Source: a virus
DNA: 64,000 bases
Reading direction: 5' to 3' (one strand)
IMG/VR virus record: IMGVR_UViG_3300021519_000007
Span: 1-64,000 of that record
In this document: positions 53,740 to 60,463 of the stretch, one piece after another
How positions within the stretch are numbered: position 1 is the first letter of the stretch
How the letters are laid out: every line of letters starts with the position of its first letter
The notes under the pieces: model-generated
Seen by the model: the letters and a program-made list of their open reading frames with translations, nothing else
The model's database searches: none
What the model was told of the DNA's origin: nothing
Position numbers and translations under genes: made by a program

Positions 53740-54218
53740 TATGTCTGACGATAGGTGATGGTAATTCTTTCGGTGTCGCCGTTTGAGAAGTTGCGTGTAG
53801 CCGCAAGATCTGCGCCGAAAATGCAGTCGTCTGTTCCGGTCGTATTGCTGAGCGCAACGAACCAGAGCGTTGCCCCATTCACGTTTGGCGTACCTGTAAA
53901 TGTAAACGTCACCTGTGGTGCCGTCGACTGGTACGAACCGGAAGAGAGCGAACATGCGGGCCAGCCGTTGGTGCTGCCTGCGTTGCGATTGAGACCCTGA
54001 CGGGCGTAGCCACCGTTGCTTGTCTGACCGATTTCAGCAAGTGACGTTGTCGTGGATGTGCCGTTGCCGACTGTCTTGTCGGCACCAACGCCGCCTGTCT
54101 TTGCGCCCATACCGACATAAACGGTTGAGCCTGGAACGCTATTTGTTCCAGCGGTGAAGTTGCCAAGCCACGTGTTGATGAGGCTCTGCTCTCCCCTATT
54201 CCAAAGAATGTAAGCCAT
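53739..54218 (-). CDS. Small beta-rich virion structural protein, paralogue of 53135-53569
   Basis: VYVGM...LAEIG...GYARQ...VTFTF...NGDTERIT; AGGAG RBS. Confidence 0.65.
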   Translation of the reverse strand: MAYILWNRGEQSLINTWLGNFTAGTNSVPGSTVYVGMGAKTGGVGADKTVGNGTSTTTSLAEIGQTSNGGYARQGLNRNAGSTNGWPACSLSSGSYQSTAPQVTFTFTGTPNVNGATLWFVALSNTTGTDDCIFGADLAATRNFSNGDTERITITYRQT

Positions 54219-54255
54219 AGTTTTGGTTTTCTCCTAAGTCCTTAGTAATTAATTT

Positions 54256-54774
54256 TCAGGTTGTTGAAGATTTAATGTGTAAATCGAGTGTCGATGGCTT
54301 TAGGTTCTCGGGATTGAGGACTTCGCAGAGGCCACCTTGCTTTGTCCCATCGGTAAAGATTACCCACCATTTACGGGGACGGAGTCCTAGATAAATCTCT
54401 GTACGGTCCCAATAAATAACCTCGACCAGTTGTGATGGGCCGTCAACTAGGTGGGCAAAGCAAAACCCCGGGATCGGGCCGTCGTAATCTCTGGTGCTGA
54501 CGACGTGCTGGTTAATCCCAACCTTGTCGCCACGCATATCAAATTGAATTTCACGCACCCATACGGTCGGCTTTGATTTGCAATCGTAGCACCAGCAGGA
54601 ACTCTGTCTGTCCTCAGACTTGATGCTCAAAAGTTCATCGACTTTTTTCTGAGCAATTTTTCTCTCTAGTGAGTGGTCTTCCTGATTGGATCCGGTCTCT
54701 ATCTTCGAGTAAACGAAGTTTGATCCGTTTTCCTGCTCAAATTGCAGTTCATCATCTGGTTTTCGATTGACCAT
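54256..54774 (-). CDS. Hypothetical protein (Cys/His motifs)
   Basis: 172-aa ORF with CWCYDC and CFAH. Confidence 0.6.
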   Translation of the reverse strand: MVNRKPDDELQFEQENGSNFVYSKIETGSNQEDHSLERKIAQKKVDELLSIKSEDRQSSCWCYDCKSKPTVWVREIQFDMRGDKVGINQHVVSTRDYDGPIPGFCFAHLVDGPSQLVEVIYWDRTEIYLGLRPRKWWVIFTDGTKQGGLCEVLNPENLKPSTLDLHIKSSTT

Positions 54775-54776
54775 AA

Positions 54777-55880
54777 TTATATTATATCATATTCTTTAAG
54801 AATAATCATGAGAGAACTGGCCTCTTCAACCTTCTCCCAGTCTGTGTCCTTATAGGCAACCTTTGCGATCAATTTGCGCATCTCTTCGATCTCCTCTTCC
54901 GCATCCTTCTGCTTTGGCTTGTTCTGAATATCCCCAAGCCTGAGGATCAACATATCGTATGCGTTTTCTTCGCCGTGCATTGTTTCGATAAATTCTCTTG
55001 CACCCTTTTTATTATCAAAGTGATCAAACATATGCTCGCGGATGAAGAAGCAAACCTCTTTGGTGTCTTCCTCCGGCACACCCAGACGATCAAACATCTC
55101 TTTAACCATGTCTGGGCCGACCTCCTCATGGTCTCCACCCTGACCATCCGGACCCTTGTGAAAGTGGGTTCTACCCTTCTCGTCAACCCAGACAGATCTC
55201 AGTTTCCCAATATCATGAAGAAATGCAGCCCAACGAAGGTTTCTGTTGTTGCTGTGCTTGGCAACGTAGTCCAAACAAATGAGAAGGTGCTGGAACAGTT
55301 CAGAGGAGGTGTTCTTGTACCTTTGCCAGAACCCTTTGCTCTCGGCAACCTCCGGGAGCATGATCTTAAGCGCTCCAACCTCCTCCATAAGTCGAATTGC
55401 CGCTACGGGATTCTCTGCATCCATTATGTCATTAAGGCAATCGCGTATCTCTTCGGCGGGACAGTCCACAATATTTTTGACATATTTTTTAGCATCAAAG
55501 ATATCTTGCTCGTCTGGGATGTGTTCATTCATCGACCTAGTCACAAAAAGCGTCAGGAGATTGTCTACCTCAAAAAATGGGCTGGTCTTTGCGGTCCTTC
55601 TATTGTTTTGCATATAGTTTTGAACAACATCGTAGACCGTGTTCCGATTCCCCGGACACTCTTCAAAACAAATACGATTTAGATGGTTGATGTATCCGCG
55701 TGCCAGGATCCCCTTGTCTGACGGCGGAGCCTGCAAACCAGCAGCCCAGTAGTTGGCCTCGCGGGATAGTTCGGGGGCAAGATGCTCCAAGAGGACAAAG
55801 TGCGGCTCATAGCCCGTGACAACTTTTGGCTCACCAGAGAATGGTAGAACAGCAACCCAGTTATTCTTATCCGATGGCAT
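54777..55880 (-). CDS. HD-domain phosphohydrolase resembling the body+HD part of CCA-adding enzymes, lacking the nucleotidyltransferase head
   Basis: AEEIRDCL...GALKIMLPEV...FQH...LRWAAFLHDIGK...HEEVG...IREHM...GD; no GGxVRD or DxD head motif. Confidence 0.75.
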   Translation of the reverse strand: MPSDKNNWVAVLPFSGEPKVVTGYEPHFVLLEHLAPELSREANYWAAGLQAPPSDKGILARGYINHLNRICFEECPGNRNTVYDVVQNYMQNNRRTAKTSPFFEVDNLLTLFVTRSMNEHIPDEQDIFDAKKYVKNIVDCPAEEIRDCLNDIMDAENPVAAIRLMEEVGALKIMLPEVAESKGFWQRYKNTSSELFQHLLICLDYVAKHSNNRNLRWAAFLHDIGKLRSVWVDEKGRTHFHKGPDGQGGDHEEVGPDMVKEMFDRLGVPEEDTKEVCFFIREHMFDHFDNKKGAREFIETMHGEENAYDMLILRLGDIQNKPKQKDAEEEIEEMRKLIAKVAYKDTDWEKVEEASSLMIILKEYDII

Positions 55881-55907
55881 TACACTAATTATTTCAACGA
55901 TTGGGGC

Positions 55908-55940
55908 AAAAAGAGAGCCGCCCCCCGAAGGGGACGGCTC
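55908..55940 (-). terminator. Intrinsic terminator separating the accessory and virion regions
   Basis: GAGCCGTCCCC-TTCG-GGGGGCGGCTC followed by TCTTTTT. Confidence 0.9.
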
Positions 55941-56014
55941 TGAGGGAGTGGGGGGTTTTGCGACGTTGCAAGAAAAACCCCCCTATGAGGATTGGATGGT
56001 GAAGAGAAAATCTC

Positions 56015-56347
56015 TTACGAACCGATCTCGTTCTGAAGGTCCAGCAGACGCTGGATCTTCTCGGAGGCGTTAGCCGCCGAACGGGTCGGCTCAAAGCCGC
56101 AGGCGCGCTGGAAGGCACCGAACGACCTAAAGTGCTTGATAATCGTAGCCGAAGATGGCCAGCAGGCATCCTCATTGAAGCGCTGGACGAGGGTTTCCTT
56201 ATCCGCACGCTTGGACTTGCGAGCACCATTGGGGTAGAAATGTGCCTGCGTGGGCACTTCCCCATACTTCTTGTGATACAGGCATCCGGCCTGGATCAGC
56301 AATTCTTGTGTCCACTCACCGGTGGTGTTGGTCTTGCTTGTCATCAT
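56015..56347 (-). CDS. Homing-endonuclease-associated repeat protein (DNA-binding, no nuclease domain)
   Basis: WTQELLI...YGEVPT...WPSSATIIKHFRSF...ACG. Confidence 0.6.
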   Translation of the reverse strand: MMTSKTNTTGEWTQELLIQAGCLYHKKYGEVPTQAHFYPNGARKSKRADKETLVQRFNEDACWPSSATIIKHFRSFGAFQRACGFEPTRSAANASEKIQRLLDLQNEIGS

Positions 56348-56357
56348 TATATCTCCT

Positions 56358-56762
56358 TTAAACGATGGTAGAAACGGTTAGGCTCTTGATGCCATCAAGA
56401 ATCTTGCGGTTATGATTCTCAAGGAACTGGTTGCGCTCCTCAAGGGCCGAGATCTTATCAGCGGCATACTGAAGCGTAGCAATCATAACATTGAGATCGA
56501 TAGAGGTATTTGCGGGCTTCTTCTCAGGTGCCGTTGCAATAACAATAACCTTAGCCTTACGAGCCTTCTTGTGCTTGTGCCGGATCGGATCGTTGTTGCG
56601 GTGCGCATGAGTGTAATACGCAGAGCGAACCGACGTCGCCGTGCTATCCGTGCTGTCTGCAACCGCTCTAACGGCCTCGATCAGCATGGCTTCGGGGTTT
56701 GCTCCCCGGTAAGCCTTGACTGCGAGATACGCAGCCTTCTGTTTACTAATATTAACCTTCAT
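56358..56762 (-). CDS. Hypothetical basic DNA-binding / coiled-coil protein
   Basis: AAGGAG RBS; HTH-like AVRAVA...SVRSAYY; C-terminal coiled coil. Confidence 0.55.
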   Translation of the reverse strand: MKVNISKQKAAYLAVKAYRGANPEAMLIEAVRAVADSTDSTATSVRSAYYTHAHRNNDPIRHKHKKARKAKVIVIATAPEKKPANTSIDLNVMIATLQYAADKISALEERNQFLENHNRKILDGIKSLTVSTIV

Positions 56763-56805
56763 GTTTTATTCTCCTTTGGAAGGTATGGTTCAGCGAACTG
56801 GTCGA

Positions 56806-56836
56806 ACTGTAGCACACATATCGTGCGATGTGTCAA
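56806..56836 (-). promoter_or_regulatory. Sigma-A-like promoter TTGACA-N19-TACAGT (extended TG) with an internal inverted repeat
   Basis: Read directly; ACACAT...ATGTGT dyad in the spacer. Confidence 0.5.
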
Positions 56837-57222
56837 GCAACAAGTTCTTTCTTCTGATCCCTCTTGAGTTTGAGGTAGTGGCTGTTGCACATCCCCTTAC
56901 TGTGATGAGCCTCATTGCAGTTTTCAACATCACATCCCCTACGAGCCCTAGGTGGTGCGGAGATAACAAACTCGCATTCAGCAAAGGCCACATCATCATC
57001 GTACTCAGGAAAGAAGTCGATAATTGAACGGCTCCCCTCTTTTGAGATCATCCGATCTATGGTGTCAAACTGGACTCTTGTGATTCTTCCTGCGGTGAAG
57101 TCGTTGATGCGCTTTGCGGATACGCCGCAACGAGCAGCAAATGCTTCGGCAGTCTCTCTTTCAGAGCAAGACTTAATCCAAGGAATGAGAGGTGCTATGG
57201 GGAGGACTCGCGGAAGGTTCAT
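56833..57222 (-). CDS. XRE-like HTH protein with C-terminal Cx4C...CxxH zinc motif
   Basis: AFAARCGVSAKRIND; CDVENC...GMCNSHY. Confidence 0.6.
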   Translation of the reverse strand: MNLPRVLPIAPLIPWIKSCSERETAEAFAARCGVSAKRINDFTAGRITRVQFDTIDRMISKEGSRSIIDFFPEYDDDVAFAECEFVISAPPRARRGCDVENCNEAHHSKGMCNSHYLKLKRDQKKELVA

Positions 57223-57248
57223 ATCTCTCCTTGGTTTGTGTTAACCGC

Positions 57249-57278
57249 ACCCTAGTCGGGGTTGGAGATAACTGTCAA
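57249..57278 (-). promoter_or_regulatory. Sigma-A-like promoter TTGACA-N18-TAGGGT
   Basis: Read directly upstream of 57222. Confidence 0.55.
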
Positions 57279-57304
57279 CTACGAAACATTTGATACGAGA
57301 AAAG

Positions 57305-57378
57305 TCCGCGAGGCAGGATTCGAACCTGCAATCTGCCGGGTAGAAACCGGCTGCCTTGATCCATTTGGCCACTCGCGG
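57305..57378 (-). tRNA. tRNA-Arg (UCU), no encoded CCA
   Basis: CCGCGAG/CTCGCGG acceptor, GCCGG-TT-TCT-AC-CCGGC anticodon arm, GCAGG-TTCGAAT-CCTGC T arm. Confidence 0.93.
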
Positions 57379-57386
57379 GATGCGTT

Positions 57387-57875
57387 TTAGACAGCGACTC
57401 CATAAATGCCATCGTCATCCATCAGAGATGCCATCCCCGTGGATCCTAAACCATTCTCTCCACGATCAGTCGTAGTTGCGACCTGCAATTCCGCAAGAGC
57501 CTCGGGCATGTCCATAACGAAGTTGAAGAACAGTTGGGCAACACGATCACCACGACTGATCAAAACCTCTTTGCTGCCCGCGTTGTAAAGGATGACCCTA
57601 ACCTCGCCCCGGTAGCCCGGGTCTACAAGTCCGGGTGCGTTGAGCACGAACACTCCATGCTTTGCCGCAAGACCAGAACGGCTCATAACAAACGCACAGA
57701 TATCTTTGGGCATCTCAAGAGAGATACCGGTGGACACGATAATCATCTCTCCGGGTTTCGCTGTGTAATGGTTGTCAGCACAGATATCATAACCCGCATC
57801 AGACTCATGCGCCTTGTGCGGTGTAACTGCGGTGTCTGTTAAGCGAACAAAACGGACATCAATCATCAAAGCCAA
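57387..57875 (-). CDS. dut: Trimeric dUTPase
   Basis: All five motifs: AGYD, RSGLA, GLVDPGYRGE, GDRVAQ, RGENGLGSTG (start may be ATG 57866). Confidence 0.95.
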   Translation of the reverse strand: MALMIDVRFVRLTDTAVTPHKAHESDAGYDICADNHYTAKPGEMIIVSTGISLEMPKDICAFVMSRSGLAAKHGVFVLNAPGLVDPGYRGEVRVILYNAGSKEVLISRGDRVAQLFFNFVMDMPEALAELQVATTTDRGENGLGSTGMASLMDDDGIYGVAV

Positions 57876-58176
57876 CCCTATCGTCTTCGATATTCATGTT
57901 GACTCCAATATCCTCAAAGAAATCTCTCAATTTATTAGTATCACCAACACACTCTCTTGCGATAAGATCCAACTCAAGGATCCTTAGAACACGTTCACGC
58001 ATGTCTATAAATACAGTCATACATGCGCCCAGAACTTCCTTCTTCTGCAGCATGGATAGCGCATCCATCTGGTCGTCACAGGCCTCAAACGCAACAATCA
58101 TTGCCTCTGAGAAAGCACTACCGATCTCGACGGTAATGTCTCCCGCAAGACACGCGTTACCACTGAATTCACTCAT
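57859..58176 (-). CDS. Hypothetical protein (start revised to ATG 58176)
   Basis: GGAG-rich RBS before MSEFSG; the revision avoids overlap with the upstream gene. Confidence 0.55.
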   Translation of the reverse strand: MSEFSGNACLAGDITVEIGSAFSEAMIVAFEACDDQMDALSMLQKKEVLGACMTVFIDMRERVLRILELDLIARECVGDTNKLRDFFEDIGVNMNIEDDRVGFDD

Positions 58177-58192
58177 ATCACGCTCTCCTCTC

Positions 58193-58414
58193 CTACTCCG
58201 TTGAGTTCTTTTTACTTGAACAGCAACCCTCTGCTTGCATACGAAATTTATACAAGCCACCACACACATAGCAGCGCCAACACGACACAAGTGGATGACG
58301 ATCAGACGCACAACAATAGGCGGCGTCTTTTAGTTCTCCATGAATGTAATGGCACCCCCCACAGGGATAGCCTTTCGTCTCCAAGGCTTTGACCAAGTTC
58401 TCACTCCTTTCCAT
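58193..58414 (-). CDS. Small double zinc-finger protein
   Basis: Two CxxC...AxxCC units. Confidence 0.55.
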   Translation of the reverse strand: MERSENLVKALETKGYPCGGCHYIHGELKDAAYCCASDRHPLVSCWRCYVCGGLYKFRMQAEGCCSSKKNSTE

Positions 58415-58420
58415 AGACGG

Positions 58421-58449
58421 AGTCTACATGGAGCGCGGGCTACGGTCAA
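58421..58449 (-). promoter_or_regulatory. Sigma-A-like promoter TTGACC-N17-TAGACT, 6 nt before the ATG
   Basis: Read directly. Confidence 0.6.
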
Positions 58450-58760
58450 TTATCAAAAAAGTCATTTGAGGGATCCTCGGACCAGAAGCGGTAGATCACA
58501 GAGAACTCCTCGTCTTGACCAAAGCGCCAGCCCTCAGGGCACGACAAATCAATAGCGCTAGACAGATCGGCTAGGAGAAAGTCTTTATTGTCATTGGATG
58601 AGTTTTCAATGTTCTTGAACACGTCACTATAGTTCGACTGTAAAGTGTTCCAACGTTTTACGTCCACACCATTAAGCACATCAGACATCTTTTGAATAAC
58701 AGAATTTATACCGCTATCTAAATCAAAAGACACATCTTTGAATTCCTCAATGCTATCCAT
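58446..58760 (-). CDS. Hypothetical acidic protein (start revised)
   Basis: MDSIEEF start overlaps the upstream stop. Confidence 0.5.
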   Translation of the reverse strand: MDSIEEFKDVSFDLDSGINSVIQKMSDVLNGVDVKRWNTLQSNYSDVFKNIENSSNDNKDFLLADLSSAIDLSCPEGWRFGQDEEFSVIYRFWSEDPSNDFFDN

Positions 58761-59217
58761 CGAGAAGGTCAGCCCAGTTCTTCTCCTCATGGTGCTCAAA
58801 AAGTTCAACAATTGCTGCTAAAGAGATATTGTTTGTAGGTTGCTCAATAGCCCAAGTGAATACATTGTTATGATATTCTTCACGAAATACATAGAATCTT
58901 ATAGCAATCGGATAGGGGACACTGAACACTTCAATCAATCCCCAGAGACAATACATTTCATTGCCACCAATAGTGACGTTCTCTTTATGAACAATTCTCA
59001 CAGGAGTATGAACAACAGCGTCTCTAACGATACGGATATCTGTATCAAACGGAGCACCATTAGACCATGCTTTATTTGCCATTCTTAATGCTTCAATAAA
59101 TTCAAGGCAAGAATATTTTACAGTTCCAGTTTCTTTTTCATCCACAAAAACAAAGTCATCAAAATTTAGATAATCAAATTTGTCGTCGTCGATGATTCCC
59201 ATAGTAACCTCTTTCAT
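58753..59217 (-). CDS. Hypothetical protein
   Basis: 154-aa ORF in an AT-rich patch. Confidence 0.55.
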   Translation of the reverse strand: MKEVTMGIIDDDKFDYLNFDDFVFVDEKETGTVKYSCLEFIEALRMANKAWSNGAPFDTDIRIVRDAVVHTPVRIVHKENVTIGGNEMYCLWGLIEVFSVPYPIAIRFYVFREEYHNNVFTWAIEQPTNNISLAAIVELFEHHEEKNWADLLDG

Positions 59218-59240
59218 TAATATGTGGGAATCGGTTAGTT

Positions 59241-59360
59241 AGGAGCCCCGGTTCCCACCCGGCAATTATCGGCTTGCCTACCGCCTCACACGGTAGCACA
59301 GGCCGCGTAGAGACGCGACCATCTGACGGTCTACGTCCCGGATGCTGACCGGGGACTCCT
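59241..59360 (-). ncRNA. Candidate structured non-coding RNA (about 120 nt)
   Basis: Closing helix AGGAG(T)CCCCGGT/ACCGGGGCTCCT, inner helix CATCCGG/CCGGGTG, hairpins GGTCGCGT-CTCT-ACGCGGCC and CTACCGT-GTGAG-GCGGTAG. TGGTATAAT lies at 59361-59369. Confidence 0.55.
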
Positions 59361-59371
59361 ATTATACCAAT

Positions 59372-59830
59372 TTATTTCTTTAAATCAAGATATGGTGCTT
59401 GTGATAGTGCAACGCCTGTACAACCCCAGGCATACACGCCGTAACGATTGACGATCCTCTGTGCTTGGATCATCTGTTGACGTGGTGTCGCCCTATCTGC
59501 GGTCGGAGCCATATCCGTTCCAGCAATACCTTTCTCATGCCACAGGGGTTCCCAAATACCCAAGCCCCCGGGGTAACTTCCGTTCCTCGTTTGGTGCCAG
59601 TCAATACCCCATTTGTATCTCTTTCCACTCGCACCGGCTGGAGCGGGCTGCTCACATCTACCGATAGCGATAAAGAATCTCCAATTAGGGACAATCTTTC
59701 CTATTCTCATGTGCTGTTTACCGTGCCTAATGCCTCCTCGATATTCCGGCAATGGACGAGCCAATGCTGTAGGCACCACTAGCATAACAATAACAAAAGC
59801 CAATATTAGTTTCTTAATCATTTTAAACAC
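59372..59830 (-). CDS. Secreted resuscitation-promoting-factor (Rpf)-like transglycosylase
   Basis: Signal peptide; IGRCE (catalytic Glu), NGSYPGGLGI...W, APTADRATPRQQMIQAQRI...YGVYAWGC match the Rpf core. Confidence 0.8.
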   Translation of the reverse strand: MFKMIKKLILAFVIVMLVVPTALARPLPEYRGGIRHGKQHMRIGKIVPNWRFFIAIGRCEQPAPAGASGKRYKWGIDWHQTRNGSYPGGLGIWEPLWHEKGIAGTDMAPTADRATPRQQMIQAQRIVNRYGVYAWGCTGVALSQAPYLDLKK

Positions 59831-60251
59831 CCACTATTCTCGCGCAGGTCCAGTCGCTCCAGCCACGCGTTTTGTAGAAGTAATACGCGATCCTTGTGTT
59901 CCAGACAGGATCAAATATGTTCGCTCCAAGCCTCCACCCCTCTGAGTTGTAGGTTCGGTTGATCTGAAACAATCCGTAGTCCGAAGTCCTCGAGACGGCA
60001 TACGGATTCCACACGGACTCGCACGAAACGATCCGCATAGCGTTACCAGCCTGCGATCCAAAACCAATGCGGACGACGCACTCCAGTTCAGCCTTCGTCC
60101 AGTGAGCCGGACGATGGTTGCACGCGTACATCCTTTGCGTTTGGATCTTCTTCTTGTGCGGGTTGGGAATCCCCATCCCCGCTGTTGCTGTCCCAGTCGC
60201 AACCACTGTCGAACATATAAACACTGCGATAAATGTTAGTAGTACCTTCAC
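59823..60251 (-). CDS. Secreted lysozyme-like / SLT transglycosylase (start revised to GTG 60251)
   Basis: AGGAGG RBS; signal peptide; IVSCESVWNPYA...DYGLFQIN...FDPVWNTRIA...GWSDWTC. Confidence 0.85.
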   Translation of the reverse strand: MKVLLTFIAVFICSTVVATGTATAGMGIPNPHKKKIQTQRMYACNHRPAHWTKAELECVVRIGFGSQAGNAMRIVSCESVWNPYAVSRTSDYGLFQINRTYNSEGWRLGANIFDPVWNTRIAYYFYKTRGWSDWTCARIVGV

Positions 60252-60427
60252 GGGCAACCTCCTGCTTGTACCGTCCCATTCTGGGTCCCCCCACGAAACG
60301 GACACAAGCGGGGGTTAGTCACACGGTTTTGCGTGACGGGCGTCTTCTGCGGTTAGGATTTTGAGGCTGGGTTCCAGCCCCTTGTCGGTCTCGCTACGCC
60401 CCCTGCTCGGTGGTGTCTCTTATTATC
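60252..60427 (-). promoter_or_regulatory. Structured 5' leader, candidate c-di-AMP (ydaO)-like riboswitch variant
   Basis: GATAAT -10 box; helix CGAGC(A)GGGGG/CCCCCGCTTG; two inner hairpins; ydaO-like words CCCGTCA, CTAACCCCCG and GGGGGACCCA; competing helix next to the RBS. Confidence 0.35.
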
Positions 60428-60463
60428 GTGCCGGAGTATGGCTTAAATAGGCCATTCCGGACA

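Noticed and set aside
59241-59360. SAM-IV riboswitch, SRP RNA or hammerhead identity
   Set aside because: Partial words only (GGTCA...CCGGGTG); the GCAACC core, SRP loop and CTGAnGA/GAAA motifs are missing.
60431-60460. Hairpin after the helicase gene as an intrinsic terminator
   Set aside because: A stem is present but has no U-tract; left unannotated.
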